Of a stretch of DNA of 64,000 nucleotides, positions 36,648 through 49,540 are shown piece after piece (positions within the stretch are counted from its first letter, which is position 1; each line of letters starts with the position of its first letter). The DNA comes from Oculina patagonica (taxonomy: Eukaryota). The position numbers were made by a program, and so were the translations under genes. The stretch covers positions 59,644,001 through 59,708,000 of the forward strand of contig NC_135761.1 of NCBI RefSeq assembly GCF_052425735.1, in the 5' to 3' direction. Below the pieces are notes generated by a model. It saw only the letters and a program-made list of their open reading frames with translations, was not told the DNA's origin and did not search any database.

Positions 36648-37678
36648 TCAGGTCCACCTTGAGTTCTCAAAACCGTATTTGAACGAAAAACACGCATTTC
36701 GACCTCTTCTGCTTGTTCAAGTCGTCTTCGGAACAGCAGATGAACAAATGCAACCCGAAATTGTCTGTTCCTAGCCGCGTAAATCAATGGATTCATGAGT
36801 GAATTTAATAATGTCAAAGCAACAGCAAGGAAGAAAACGATGTATGTAACGTTAACAACCATAGCTTCAATGAAATAAGAAATCGATATTGCAGGAAAGT
36901 ACCACAGAAAAACTGTTATGATAATAATAGTTGTTGTTTTCAACGCTTTCTTTTCTTTCACAAATTTTTGTCTTACCTCGAGTGAAACTTGCTGGGAAGC
37001 GATTTGTTTTTCGTGGCGACGTACCTCGATATAAACAACGATTTGGCATATAACAATTATTGGAACTGTACAAGGTATAATAACATGTTCAAATAAGACC
37101 ATAAGAAATTCAAAATGGATCTCTAGGAAATCCATGATTCCTGGGAATAACGCCAAAATCCAAGTTATCCCAGAAGCGATTATCAAACGTGTAGCTGTGA
37201 TGTGACTGTCGTGGTAAAAAGGATGTTTTACTGCCAAACAACGTTCCAAGCTTATCAACACCAAATGAAACAGCGACACGGCGCAGAACACGTTAAAAAG
37301 GACTCTGGAAATCTTTTCGAATGCACAAACCTCGTTAACGTTCTTTCCTTCAAGGAAGAAAATTGCCATTGCAATATAGGAAGGTTGAACAGTTAAAGCG
37401 ACCATAAAATCAGTCGCTGCTAAGCAAGCGAGCAAAATGTTTGATTTTGTTCGAAGTCGACGCGTAGATTTCACCGCCACAATCACCAACGCATTTAAAA
37501 AAATCGTAAGAGGCAGGGTGAGTAGTGAAACAATTGTTGTGAAAATTAGAACAGTGTAAACCTCGGCCGAAAGTCTACCTGATTTCCAAACAGGCAAAAA
37601 GGCTCCATAACATTTACTATCTGGTTCGTCCTCAAAGAACTGCGATGTTGCAGTAGAATTCATATTCCTTTGGTTCAT
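36629..37678 (-). CDS. Class A GPCR (adenosine/melanocortin-receptor-like orphan), paralogue 1
   Basis: LAATD, ERC (DRY variant), WYFP and NPLIY motifs; single coding exon. Confidence 0.92.
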   Translation of the reverse strand: MNQRNMNSTATSQFFEDEPDSKCYGAFLPVWKSGRLSAEVYTVLIFTTIVSLLTLPLTIFLNALVIVAVKSTRRLRTKSNILLACLAATDFMVALTVQPSYIAMAIFFLEGKNVNEVCAFEKISRVLFNVFCAVSLFHLVLISLERCLAVKHPFYHDSHITATRLIIASGITWILALFPGIMDFLEIHFEFLMVLFEHVIIPCTVPIIVICQIVVYIEVRRHEKQIASQQVSLEVRQKFVKEKKALKTTTIIIITVFLWYFPAISISYFIEAMVVNVTYIVFFLAVALTLLNSLMNPLIYAARNRQFRVAFVHLLFRRRLEQAEEVEMRVFRSNTVLRTQGGPEELRVS

Positions 37679-37793
37679 CGACTGAGTTAATTGTACAGAT
37701 GTTTTTTTTTTTAAAGTAGTCAGAATAAATTATGTGCAAACATTGAGACCGGCGGCGTATAACAATCTTATTATGCATAAACGGAACCGATTT

Positions 37794-37834
37794 AACTCTG
37801 ATGAAGGTAGCAGAGAGCTACCTAAAATTCAGTT
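37794..37834 (+). ncRNA. Degenerate minimal type-I hammerhead ribozyme (Penelope-type)
   Basis: AACT-CTGATGA-A-GGTAGC-AGAGA-GCTACC-TAAA-AT-TC-AGTT: CUGAUGA box, perfect stem II, stem I AACT/AGTT; GAAA box reads TAAA. Confidence 0.55.
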
Positions 37835-38372
37835 TTTATACGTTTTTAAAATATTTTTTAAGGTCAGTTACAATTTTTTTTTGCCGGATTCGAAAAAAAA
37901 AAAAAAAACATAAACATAATCATATGTAGTATGGTGGCCCATCAGTGCCATAGTATTTTACGCCGGTATTTTAACATTTTTCCCTTTTTTTATATATATT
38001 TTTTATTGTTTTATACTTATTTTATATTTTTTCTCTATTTTTTTTATTCTTTTTCATTTTATTTCTTTTATTTTTATTTTTATTTTTATTTTTTATTTTA
38101 TTTATCTTTTTTTCATTTAATTTTTATTTTATTTTTTATTTTTTTATTCTTTTCCATTTTATTTCTTTTATTTTTATTTTACTTTACTTATCTTTTTTCA
38201 TTTAATTTTAATTTTATTTTTTTAAAAAAATAAAAAAATAAAAACGGCTATGGCCCACAAGTGCCATAGCAAAAAAAGAAAAAAAAAAAAAAAAAAAAAA
38301 AACTCCGTGGCCCAGGAGTGATGCATTGAGAACAGGGAAGGAGTAGTCACCAGGCTTTTGGCCGTAAACAAC

Positions 38373-40755
38373 ATGGCGGCGCGGATAAGAAACGACTCGT
38401 GGAAATATGATGAAGAGCTAAAGCGGGATTTAGAGGAATACGTGAAGCAGATGCTGAAGAGGGACGAGGTTTTGGATTTTGTTTCCAAAAAATATCCAAT
38501 GTATTCCTGGAGTTTGCGTACTCTTTGTCGTCGTTTGCATTACTTTGATATAAAGTACATCGACTATGAAATAGAGCTTGATGATTTGGAAGAATCCGTG
38601 CGCGAAGAATTGAATGGTCCGGGAAAGTTGCTAGGTTATCGTGCAATGACTAAAAAGATAAGAGAAATTCACGGTCAGAAAGTTCCAAGAAACCTGGTCT
38701 ACGCTATGATGGAGCATGTCGATCCCAGTGGCCTTGAAGAACGAGGAGGTATCGGGCAACCAAAGCGAGCCCCAAAGGGTGTTTTTACCTCAAAGGTAAA
38801 CGTAGATTAAGCTTATTTTAAGCCTATTCTAACTACACTTTTAGATGTATTCATGAAACATTGTTTGCACCGACGGACGTGGCATAGTCGAAAATCTGAA
38901 CTGGACTCTGGACTGGACTCTGGACTCTGGACTATTTTTCAAATATTACTTAATATTGACTCTTCACTTCACACTCTTATTTTAGTTATACTGTTGTTAT
39001 ACTTTTATGGTCTTGTTTACAGGGTTCAAACTGGACATTGTCCTTGGATGGACATGACAAGCTTTGTGGCTTTCAAAATTCAACTTTTCCATTGTGTATC
39101 TATGGTGGGCTGGACACATTTAGTGGTAGAATGCAATTTCTTCGCATTTCAACATCTAACAGCAATCCAAAAATTGTTGGTCGATACTATTTAGAGTATC
39201 TATATGAATCAAGAGGTTTGTTCTCCAACTATTTTCCATTTGTTGATAGAGTAAATGTAAAAGATAAAATACTAGCTGAAATTTCATCTTCAAATCTGCC
39301 TTGAAAACTTAAGTTTAAAGACATATGATAGCAAATATCACCTCTTTATCTCCTCTTCTTTCTGTATGTGACATCTTTTTTTGTTGAATTGAAGTGGGAG
39401 GACGTTCATGAGAGAACTTTGTATTCTCATAATCAGCACAAAATTCAAATTTTAAATTTGCTTTAGGAATAAACATAAGGCAGAGTCCACGTTTTTGGTC
39501 TAAGATAATATGCTGCATTCATCTCTGTAAAGAAAAATCACAATCATCAAAGACATTTGGTACATATTAGAGCGTGTAAAATGTTGTTATTGAATTAAAT
39601 GCAATTTTTAGGTCTTCTTCAGTGTCTGATTATTCTTATAAAAACAAACCTTGTGATTGTTAGCTTGACACAATGTTTTGTATCATTTGTTCATGTTTAA
39701 TTTAGTTTTTGTGTTCTCTTATGTTTTGGACATAAGTGCTTCCATCAAGACTACGTGTTGACAAGGGCTCAGAAACAGGGATTATAGCAACCATGCACTC
39801 ATATCTTAGAAGTAAACATAAGGACCTCGACGATCCCACCGACAGTGTACTTTATGGACCTTCTACAGAAAATAGAATAGAGCGTTGGTGGAGAGAGCTC
39901 TTGGATCGAATGGAGAAGTTTTTTTAAAAATCAACTTAATCAGCTCTTGGAGGATGGCAGTTATGAACATGATAATGAACTGCACCGGTTAGTCCTGGAT
40001 TTCTTTTGTTTTCATTTTTTGGAATAGAAAACTGACAAAAACCTTGTCAAAATATAACTGCTTGGAATAATAATTGTGCCAAGGTAGATAGTGATTTTAT
40101 AGTTTAGGGCAACAATTTTTACCTTTGCCACATAACATAAAAGGGGCTGTCTCATGGTTATTTCTTTACTTTTGGCACATTTTTTTACTTGGTTTGGTCA
40201 AACATAAAATACCGTATTACAAACTACAGATGTATACTGTAATAAACTGAAAACAAATTTATAGCAACAGGCCCATTTTCTCATATTTTTGAGACCCAAC
40301 TAAAAGGATTCTTCAATGGTCCTGCTCATAGTGCAAGATTTATTTTTAATTACACCAATAATAGTGAAACAAATGATACTTTTTCTTTCGACAGAGATTT
40401 ACTTGCATTTGTTTACATCCCAGTTATCCAGAAAGAACTTGACCTTTTCAGAGAAACTGTATGGAATTCCCACCGTGGTCGCAAACAAAAATTGAAAGAG
40501 CTTCCAGCTGGAGTGCCAAACCACATTTACAATTTTCCTGAGAATTACGGGGGTGAAAACTGTGGTTTTCCTATCACTGAAGATCAGTTGGAGGAAGTTG
40601 CAGAACTGTCTGAAGTATTGGAGGACACTGATGACTTCTTAGAACCTGAATTTCGAAAGTGTTGTGAAGCAGTTATCTCAAACGTTGACAATATTGAGCC
40701 AGCAGATGCTGCTGATGCATATTTATATCTCAAAGCAAATATAAAGCTAACCTAA
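38373..40755 (+). CDS. DDE transposase / integrase-core protein; exons 38373-38795, 39023-39215, 39737-39987, 40395-40755; one +1 frameshift at T7 39919-39925
   Basis: HTH-like WSLRTLCRRL and LGYRAM; catalytic D in SLDGHDKL, D in LRVDKGSE, E in NRIERWW; WNSHR motif in exon 4; GT-AG introns with compatible phases. Confidence 0.88.
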
Positions 40756-40852
40756 ATGGTTGTAGTGCATGTTTTGCCCAAGGGCTTGTGTTTTCAAGAA
40801 TTGCAAAGAAAAGGCATTTTACTATTATCACTAGTGAAGCCGGAATGGTACT

Positions 40853-43800
40853 TGTAGCCACGAGCGTTCAATTTTTGCATGTTTGCGTGTTTGCGTTGTA
40901 ATTAGTTTGTAATTCCCGTCAGTATTTTTGTTCGGTTTTTGGTTTCTTTGTTAGCGTAGCTCATTATTATGTATTTCTCTGCTAGTTGGTTTCTCGGCCT
41001 AGTATTATGTAATCGTTTATTGTTAATTTTCGTAACTTCGTTAGCGCTATTGTTTGTTTTCAGTCAGTATAAAATCTCGCACGCTTTGCTTGTAAATTAG
41101 TTTTCGTTTTATCCGGTTTGCCGTACAATCTTGTAAGTATTTGTTTTTTCCTTGTATTTTCTCGATTTTGTTCTATTAATGTATTTCGTCTTATAGTTAA
41201 GTTTCAAGTTCTAGTTTATTTATTCTACGTTTTCTTTGTTTTACATGTCCTAGTGAATCGTAAAGTTTATTAAAAGGCGAATTCAAATTGTACAAGGAGT
41301 ATTTGCTACATTCATTCAAAGATTGTGTGGATGGATGCCGTGTGGTCCGGAGATGATGGTCTTGGAACTGAACCTCTAGGAAGACGCCGAGTCCATTCAA
41401 TGGAAGCCCTCGACAGTGTACGTCTCAAGAATTCGAGGGCAGGACATTTGTCCAGAGTAACGGCGCTGTGTCGTGCGACCGAAAATTTGCTTAGTGACGC
41501 GAAAAATGTTGATGGAGTCACGAACAAATTACAAGAAATCAATGAAGCTTTCTCCCGTTTCGAAAGGACCCACTACGACTACATCGCTTCTTTGTCTGGT
41601 GATCTGGAGGTGTGGGAAAGCGAAGCGCGTTATTTTCAGGAACATTACCGCCGAAAGATGAATTTTGTTTCGCGAATCGAGCAATGGATTCATCGCGCAA
41701 GATCATCCCCTGAGGTACGCGAAGTCAGTGAACCAAATCCGGAGGATTCCGTAAGTACTGCGAGTTCTTCGCAAAGTTCATATCTATCTATCAGACAGCT
41801 AAGGGCCAAGCAGGCATTGGCGCATTTAAAGTTGTACCAGTTGAAAAAGAAACAAGAATTGTTGCGTCGGGAAGAAGATACGAAATTGAAAATGGAGGTT
41901 CTCGATGCGCAGTGTGAAATCCGAAAAGTGGAACTTCAAGTAAACATGCTACAGGATGAGGGGCCGCCCGCTCAAGATGACTTGTCTAGCGTTTTTGAGG
42001 ATCTGAATCCGTTCAACGAACGTGTTGATGCCAGAGCTAGAAATGTACCGAAGCAGGAACATTTTGAACATCGAAACGATCAAACAACTGGTCCTCAAGA
42101 CGCCCCATTGCGATTCAATCCAAAAGCGCGGGAATTTGCAAGTTTGCCACCTGCTTCAACTGCAGCCTTTACTGGTTTAGGACCAACTGGTTCTATTATG
42201 ACTGGACAAATTATGGACAAGATGGCATTAACAATTAAGCAAGGATTTGCGTTGCCAAAAAAGGAGTTGAAGACGTTCGATGGTGATCCTCTCAATTACT
42301 GGAACTTTATTAAATCGTTTGAGAACAGTATCGTAAACAATGCAGCCAGTGAAAGTGACAAACTTATGTATCTTCTTCAGTACACATCTGGTGTAGCAAA
42401 TGACACGATCAAGTGCTGTTTAGTCATGGATTCTTCCCTGGGCTATCAAAGGGCAAGAGAACTGCTTGAAGAGCGATTTGGACACCCCTTCACAATTGCC
42501 TCGAAATACGTAACCAAGTTAACGGAAGGACCCCCGTTAAAGCCATTGGATCGCAAAGGATTGTTGGCATTTGCTGACCAGTTGAAAGATTGCGAACATA
42601 CACTAGAATCGATTGGATATCTGGATGAAATTAACAGCGCAGACAATCTGAGGAGAATTGTTCAGAGACTGCCGTTCCATCTCCGTACCAAGTTTATTGA
42701 AGTTGCGGACCAAATTCAGCAAGCTGGTCAGAGGACAAATATCAGTCACATTGCAGAGTTTGTCAAGGTTAAGGCGAGGGCCGCGAACAATCCTGTGTTT
42801 GGTTGCGTGGTAGACGTTGCGAGCCAGAGTGAAAGATCGGAAAATCAGAGGCGTAAACCAAAGTTTAAGAGCCCCACTTTACCTGACGAACGTGCCAGCA
42901 CATTCAATACACAAGAGACTGAATCCGGTGACAGACACAGTTTGCCTTCCAACAGAGTGATCCCAGCCATCAGATTTGCGAAATGTCAGGCGTGCAAAGG
43001 TGACCATCACTTAGTGAAATGCAAGAATTTCAAAGACAAAAACTTCGAAGAACGTCTTCAAGTGATGAAGAGAGCTCAGTTATGCCACAACTGCTTCAAG
43101 TATGGTCATATTGCAGTAGGATGCTTAGCAAAGAGTGCATGTGAAGTTCAAGGTTGCCGAAGAAGACACCATACTTTGCTCCACCCTCCGCCCTCCGCCT
43201 TCGCCCCCACGCCTCCGCCTTCACAGCAAACGATCGAAAGTAGAGAAAGAGCAGCAGAACAAGGAGCTCAAGTAGCCGGTAGCACTCCATTACAAAGTGG
43301 TCAGGCCAACAGTACTTCAGCAGGTGGAGGAAAGGTGTGCCTGAGAGTAGTTCCTGTAAAGGTGCGAGGACCTGATGACGCAAGCAAGACGGTGAACACT
43401 TACGCCCTTCTTGACAGTGGTTCAGACATTTCCTTGTGTGACAAGAATCTAGCAGTCGAACTCGGAGTACATGGAACCCAGAAGACGTTCTATTTAACAA
43501 CTCAAGAGAGAGAAGATAGCCCAAGAGTTGGTCTTGAAATCAGCCTAACCGTAGAGGCACTTGACGGAGCAGATAAAGTAGACGTTAAGAGACTGTGGAC
43601 TGTTGATAAATTGAATGCTTCAAGTCACAGTATTCCGTCACAAGATGATGCAAAACAGTGGCCTCACTTAAGAGACATCAAGCTGCCAAGTATTTGTGAG
43701 AAAGAAGTCGGGCTGATTATAGGCACCAACGCTCCTGACGCATTCTGGGTGCTAGAGGAAAGACGCGGTAACAGAGGAGAGCCGTATGCCATTCGTACAC

Positions 43801-46800
43801 CACTTGGCTGGACTCTCATGGGCCCCATGGAGAAGAGCGATAGCCATAACTGTCATCTGAATGTTAATTTTGTTCGCTCAGCGGAAGTTGAGAGAAAGGA
43901 TGATGATTGTCTCATGCAACAGCTTGAAAGGTTCTGGGCAGTAGAGAACTTTGGAGTGGTCCCTAACTGCAAAGCCAGTATGTCAGTGGAGGACAAGAGA
44001 ACCCTTGCAATCATGGAACAGTCAGTGAAACTTGAAGATGGGCATTATCAAGTGGCGCTTCCCTGGCGACAGTACCCACCATTCTTGCCTTTCAATCGAT
44101 CTATGGCAGAACGCAGGCTGCAAATGCTGAAGAAAAGGTTGCAGCAAGATGGCGAGCTCTTTGAAAATTACAAGGCCACCATGGAACAGTACCTTACCAA
44201 GGGTCACGGGAAAAGAGTGCCATTGGACGAAGTCCACACACGAGATAAGCCACTATGGTACTTGCCTCATCATCCCGTAATGAACAAGCCTGGAAAAACT
44301 CGCGTGGTTTTCGATTGTGCAGCTAAATACAAGGGAACGTCTTTGAACGATCAGCTCCTCACTGGACCAGATTTGACAAATTCTGTTGTCGGTGTGCTAA
44401 CACGGTTTCGTGAAGAACAAGTTGCGTTATCCGCTGATATCGAGTGTATGTTTCATCAGATAAGAGTTGCACCAGCTGACCAAGACGCCTTCAGATTCCT
44501 CTGGTGGCCGGATGGCGATCTGACCCAAGATCCAGTTGATCATCGCATGGAAGTCCACCTATTCGGTGCAACATCTTCACCAAGTTGTTCCAACTTTGCT
44601 TTAAGGAAAACAGCGGAGGACAACCAGGGCGAATTCTCAGAGGAAGTTGTTAAGACTGTCAGGAGGAACTTTTACGTCGATGACTGCCTGAAATCAGTTA
44701 AATCTGCTGAGAATGCTGTCGAATTGGTGCACCAGCTTCGAGATATCCTGTCCAAAGGCGGTTTTCGACTCACAAAGTGGTCCAGCAACTCATCAGAAGT
44801 CCTTAAGACCATTCCGCAAGTAGAGAGAGCCAAGTCAGTGTTAGACCTTGACTTAGACAAGGGAAAACTGCCGATTCAGCGTACCCTTGGGCTACACTGG
44901 GACATGGCGAGTGACAAGTTTTGGTTCAATGTGGATCTAAAAGATAAACCGAACACCCGTAGAGGTATACTGTCCGTGGTGAGCTCCGTGTATGACCCGC
45001 TTGGATTCGTTGCGCCAATCATCGTGCCTGCAAAGAAATTGCTGCAAGATCTTTGCAAACAGAAACTTGGATGGGACGACCCCATCAGTGAAATTGACGG
45101 AGAAAGATGGGAGAAGTGGAAGAGTCAGTTGGCAAGTCTTTCTCAGATTACAGTGGACAGATGCGTTAAACCAGCCAGCCTTGGAGACTTGAAGGTCGCG
45201 GAGCTACACAACTTTGCAGATGCGTCACAAATTGCATATGGAGCAGTCTCGTATCTCAGATTGGTAGATATCGAGGATAGAATCCACTGTACATTTCTCA
45301 TTGGAAAGTCGCGCCTTGCCCATTTGAAACCAATGACGGTGCCAAGACTAGAACTGTCAGCGGCAGTGTTAGCTGTCCAGCTAGACCAGACTGTCAGAGA
45401 AGAGCTGGACATCCCAATTTACCAATCGACATTTTGGTCTGACTCCACCTGTGTGATACAGTACATCAGAAACCAGTCTAAGCGTTTCCATACATTTGTT
45501 GCCAACAGACTATCAGTAATCCATGAGAATTCAGCACCTCATCAGTGGAGACATGTTAGTTCTGAACTCAACCCGGCGGATGAAGTCAGCAGAGGACTTA
45601 CAGTAGAAGAAATGAGTACAACCAGCAAGTGGCTGAATGGTCCCGAGTTTCTGAAGAAGAATGAAGAGTTTTGGCCTCCTGATCGTTCAATCTGCCAACC
45701 AGAAATACGAGAAGATGATCCAGAAATTAAGCGTGAAAACCAGTCCCACAGTCAGTCATTGACTCATCATCCAGGCAAAGAAGTTCTGTCCAGTTTGATG
45801 AAACGCTTCTCATCGTGGGAAAGATTGAGAAGAGCTGTTGCTTGGCTGTTGAGGTTCAAAACGTGGTTCATGGCGAAATACAGCCGTAGTCCAACTGACA
45901 CCAAAGCTCAGAGCAATCAAGAAAGAGGACCCCTCCTGTCCGTGAATGAAGTTCAGGGAGCTGAAAGAGAAATTATCAAGCATGTTCAAAGGTGTTCATT
46001 TCCAGACGTTATTCAAGCCATGCACAGAACCAGTTCATTGAAGTCTTCACGTCAACTAACCTCCCAGTTAAAGAACCTGAAGATACCAGCCCATATGTGC
46101 AAACTTCACCCGCAGTTGGACGACAGTGGAATCCTTAGAGTTGGAGGACGTCTTGAAAACGCTCTAATCGACTACAATGCTAAACATCCGATTATCCTGC
46201 CGTATCGTCACCAAGTTACAGATTTGATCATCTCTGAGCATCATCAGAAAACTGGCCACCTGGGTCAAGAGTACGTACTATCCAGTTTGCGTCAACTATA
46301 CTGGATAATAAAGGGGCGTTCAGCTGTGCGTCGAGTAATTTGTAGCTGTTTCCCGTGTAAGAGACGTGGTGCAGTACGTGGAGAGCAGCTGATGGCCGAC
46401 CTTCCGAAAGAAAGACTGATGTCAGGAGATCCACCGTTCACCTATGTAGGCGTAGATTATTTTGGACCCCTTTATGTGCGTCAAGGTCGCTCGAATGTGA
46501 AACGTTATGGGTGCCTGTTCACTTGCCTCGTCACCAGAGCAGTCCATATCGAGGTTGTACACTCACTTGATACCGACAGTTTCATTAATGCAGTGCGAAG
46601 ATTTACCAATCTAAGAGGAAGTCCGTCAACCATTTACAGCGACAATGGAACAAATTTCCATGCAGGAGAGAGAGAGCTACGAGAGTCGTTGAGAGATTGG
46701 AATCAGCAATCAATCCAAAAGTCCCTTCGTCAGAAAAATATCAGATGGAAGTTTAACCCGCCTGGCGCTTCGCACATGGGTGGTGCCTGGGAACGTACGA

Positions 46801-47934
46801 TAAGGTCCGTTCGTAAGATCCTGAGGGCCTTGCTAGGCCAACAGCTTGTCTCTGACGAAATTCTGAGAACCTTGATGAGCGAAGTTCAAGGGATCTTAAA
46901 CAGCAGACCGTTGACCCCAGTCAGTAGCGACCCAAAGGACTTGGAGCCTATTACTCCAAACCACCTGTTGCTGTTAAGAGCCAACCCAAATTTGCCTCCC
47001 GGTGTCTTCACCAACGAAGAAAATTACAGCAAGCGACGATGGCGTCAAGTCCAATATATGTCTGACATATTCTGGAAGCGCTGGTTAAGAGAATACTTGC
47101 CAACCCTACAAGAGAGAGCTAAGTGGATCAAACCTCGCCGTTGCTTGGCGATCGGAGACCTGGTATTGATTGCAGATGAAAATGTTCACCGCGGAAAATG
47201 GCCGTTGGGCAGAGTGATCGAAGTTTTCTATGGCAAGGACGGATATGTCAGATCAGCAAAGGTTCAAACGAGTTCAACGATTCTCACAAGACCAGTGACG
47301 AAACTTTGCTTCCTGGAAGGCGAGAAAGCAATTTGATTAAAGTAACTGAACTTTCCTTCAAACAAACGGAAACTACATGAACACTAAGGATATTCAAGGA
47401 GAACTTAACACTCGTGTCTTAAAATAGTGAAGCTGTTAATGAACTGTTAGACTTAAGTAGTTCATTGGGGCCGGCGTGTAGCCACGAGCGTTCAATTTTT
47501 GCATGTTTGCGTGTTTGCGTTGTAATTAGTTTGTAATTCCCGTCAGTATTTTTGTTCGGTTTTTGGTTTCTTTGTTAGCGTAGCTCATTATTATGTATTT
47601 CTCTGCTAGTTGGTTTCTCGGCCTAGTATTATGTAATCGTTTATTGTTAATTTTCGTAACTTCGTTAGCGCTATTGTTTGTTTTCAGTCAGTATAAAATC
47701 TCGCACGCTTTGCTTGTAAATTAGTTTTCGTTTTATCCGGTTTGCCGTACAATCTTGTAAGTATTTGTTTTTTCCTTGTATTTTCTCGATTTTGTTCTAT
47801 TAATGTATTTCGTCTTATAGTTAAGTTTCAAGTTCTAGTTTATTTATTCTACGTTTTCTTTGTTTTACATGTCCTAGTGAATCGTAAAGTTTATTAAAAG
47901 GCGAATTCAAATTGTACAAGGAGTATTTGCTACA
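40853..47934 (+). mobile_element. Full-length BEL/Pao LTR retrotransposon
   Basis: 458-bp TG..CA LTRs (40853-41310, 47477-47934) with no mismatch seen by eye; 5-bp TSD GTACT; GGGGCCGGCG PPT-like tract before the 3' LTR. Confidence 0.97.
41325..47336 (+). CDS. BEL/Pao gag-pol polyprotein (~2000 aa; real ATG probably 41331 or 41400)
   Basis: FDGDPLNY gag, three Cys/His knuckles, protease LLDSGS, RT YVDD, RNase H HNFADAS, integrase GVDYFGP/SDNGTNF/WER; uninterrupted. Confidence 0.96.
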   Translation: MWMDAVWSGDDGLGTEPLGRRRVHSMEALDSVRLKNSRAGHLSRVTALCRATENLLSDAKNVDGVTNKLQEINEAFSRFERTHYDYIASLSGDLEVWESEARYFQEHYRRKMNFVSRIEQWIHRARSSPEVREVSEPNPEDSVSTASSSQSSYLSIRQLRAKQALAHLKLYQLKKKQELLRREEDTKLKMEVLDAQCEIRKVELQVNMLQDEGPPAQDDLSSVFEDLNPFNERVDARARNVPKQEHFEHRNDQTTGPQDAPLRFNPKAREFASLPPASTAAFTGLGPTGSIMTGQIMDKMALTIKQGFALPKKELKTFDGDPLNYWNFIKSFENSIVNNAASESDKLMYLLQYTSGVANDTIKCCLVMDSSLGYQRARELLEERFGHPFTIASKYVTKLTEGPPLKPLDRKGLLAFADQLKDCEHTLESIGYLDEINSADNLRRIVQRLPFHLRTKFIEVADQIQQAGQRTNISHIAEFVKVKARAANNPVFGCVVDVASQSERSENQRRKPKFKSPTLPDERASTFNTQETESGDRHSLPSNRVIPAIRFAKCQACKGDHHLVKCKNFKDKNFEERLQVMKRAQLCHNCFKYGHIAVGCLAKSACEVQGCRRRHHTLLHPPPSAFAPTPPPSQQTIESRERAAEQGAQVAGSTPLQSGQANSTSAGGGKVCLRVVPVKVRGPDDASKTVNTYALLDSGSDISLCDKNLAVELGVHGTQKTFYLTTQEREDSPRVGLEISLTVEALDGADKVDVKRLWTVDKLNASSHSIPSQDDAKQWPHLRDIKLPSICEKEVGLIIGTNAPDAFWVLEERRGNRGEPYAIRTPLGWTLMGPMEKSDSHNCHLNVNFVRSAEVERKDDDCLMQQLERFWAVENFGVVPNCKASMSVEDKRTLAIMEQSVKLEDGHYQVALPWRQYPPFLPFNRSMAERRLQMLKKRLQQDGELFENYKATMEQYLTKGHGKRVPLDEVHTRDKPLWYLPHHPVMNKPGKTRVVFDCAAKYKGTSLNDQLLTGPDLTNSVVGVLTRFREEQVALSADIECMFHQIRVAPADQDAFRFLWWPDGDLTQDPVDHRMEVHLFGATSSPSCSNFALRKTAEDNQGEFSEEVVKTVRRNFYVDDCLKSVKSAENAVELVHQLRDILSKGGFRLTKWSSNSSEVLKTIPQVERAKSVLDLDLDKGKLPIQRTLGLHWDMASDKFWFNVDLKDKPNTRRGILSVVSSVYDPLGFVAPIIVPAKKLLQDLCKQKLGWDDPISEIDGERWEKWKSQLASLSQITVDRCVKPASLGDLKVAELHNFADASQIAYGAVSYLRLVDIEDRIHCTFLIGKSRLAHLKPMTVPRLELSAAVLAVQLDQTVREELDIPIYQSTFWSDSTCVIQYIRNQSKRFHTFVANRLSVIHENSAPHQWRHVSSELNPADEVSRGLTVEEMSTTSKWLNGPEFLKKNEEFWPPDRSICQPEIREDDPEIKRENQSHSQSLTHHPGKEVLSSLMKRFSSWERLRRAVAWLLRFKTWFMAKYSRSPTDTKAQSNQERGPLLSVNEVQGAEREIIKHVQRCSFPDVIQAMHRTSSLKSSRQLTSQLKNLKIPAHMCKLHPQLDDSGILRVGGRLENALIDYNAKHPIILPYRHQVTDLIISEHHQKTGHLGQEYVLSSLRQLYWIIKGRSAVRRVICSCFPCKRRGAVRGEQLMADLPKERLMSGDPPFTYVGVDYFGPLYVRQGRSNVKRYGCLFTCLVTRAVHIEVVHSLDTDSFINAVRRFTNLRGSPSTIYSDNGTNFHAGERELRESLRDWNQQSIQKSLRQKNIRWKFNPPGASHMGGAWERTIRSVRKILRALLGQQLVSDEILRTLMSEVQGILNSRPLTPVSSDPKDLEPITPNHLLLLRANPNLPPGVFTNEENYSKRRWRQVQYMSDIFWKRWLREYLPTLQERAKWIKPRRCLAIGDLVLIADENVHRGKWPLGRVIEVFYGKDGYVRSAKVQTSSTILTRPVTKLCFLEGEKAI

Positions 47935-48718
47935 GTACTAGTGGTCCAGTTATTCATGATTGAAGATAACAAATATATGTACACCTAGATGGAACTAACT
48001 CACATGTATTGTACAACTGTATCCTGCAACATGACAAAAAACATACATTTATTGTACTCTGTGAACAGAACTTTCGAAGAACAGTGATATTGCCTTAAAG
48101 TAGCAGCAACAAAAAAAAATTCAACTTACAAAGGTTTCTAAGTCTCGTACACTTATGTAAAACACACGTATACGTTTACACGTATGTAAAATAACCACAA
48201 GATAGCTGAATCCTTTACAATGATGTATATTCAACTATAAATTATACAACTGAATCACAATTGCCCAAATTCTTAACAGCAGAATGGCAAGTAAACACAA
48301 TATGACCTTAATATTTGAACAAATCAACATTGAACTTCTTAACTTTTCACTTATCAGTGGCCATCTCAGAGAAAGGGGGGAGGGGGATGGTGGGGAACCA
48401 CCAGGAAGACTTTCTCAAGTATATTTCTTGAATGTTTATGATGGGATGGATCTTTTATTTTTTTAAATGGTAGTGGTAACAACTCCTGTGGGTCTTTCCA
48501 TGTATAATAGCCTGATACAAAAGTGCACAAGTAATCCAATCAAGTATGTACCCAGAGTCAACCAGCCCCAAACCCACATCTAGGTATAGCCACTGCTAAG
48601 TGCACAAGAAAATTGAAAAGGAATCCTAACTTTAACTTTTAAAAATATTCAGATCCCATGCTACCCTCCTCCACCAACCTCACATGTCAAATAATTACAC
48701 CTAAGCAATGACAAAAAC

Positions 48719-49210
48719 CACAGGGAACCCGAACGCTGTATTGGCAAAGTTAATAATGAAAATAAAGATATGTTTGTTACCTGTGCTCCTGTGTCTTTCT
48801 TTGTCCTTAAAATGGTTGTGCTCTTGTGTCTTTCTTTGTCCTTAAAATGGTATTTGAATCGGTGCGAAAACGGTTTGAGCAAGCCTTGTCTGACGCTCCG
48901 TAAATAACGACGCAGTTAACACGTCTCGTATTTCCATTCATGTTATTAACTATTTCTTTCCATATTAACCATTAACACTCCTGGCAAAGTTAATAATGAA
49001 AATAAAGATATGTTTGTTACCTGTGCTCCTGTGTCTTTCTTTGTCCTTAAAATGGTTGTGCTCTTGTGTCTTTCTTTGTCCTTAAAATGGTATTTGAATC
49101 GGTGCGAAAACGGTTTGAGCAAGCCTTGTCTGACGCTCCGTAAATAACGACGCAGTTAACACGTCTCGTATTTCCATTCATGTTATTAACTATTAATTCT
49201 CAACGGGAGA

Positions 49211-49246
<36 letters not shown>

Positions 49247-49540
49247 CGTTAAATTGAAATACGAGATTATCTCCCCAGGAGTGTTAATGGTTAATATGGA
49301 AAGAAATAGTTAATAACATGAATGGAAATACGAGACGTGTTAACTGCGTCGTTATTTACGGAGCGTCAGACAAGGCTTGCTCAAACCGTTTTCGCACCGA
49401 TTCAAATACCATTTTAAGGACAAAGAAAGACACAAGAGCACAACCATTTTAAGGACAAAGAAAGACACAGGAGCACAGGTAACAAACATATCTTTATTTT
49501 CATATTTAACTTTGCCAATACAGCGTTCGGGTTCCCTGTG
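48719..49540. mobile_element. P-superfamily-like foldback MITE with internal 240-bp duplication and central (GA)n
   Basis: CACAGGGAACCCGAACGCTGTATTGGCAAAGTTA termini (CA..TG); 7-bp TSD CAAAAAC (48712-48718, 49541-49547). Confidence 0.82.

Noticed and set aside
37931-38233. Phe/Tyr/Ile-rich membrane-like ORFs (also 55296-55598)
   Set aside because: Translations of the T-rich TIR tracts.
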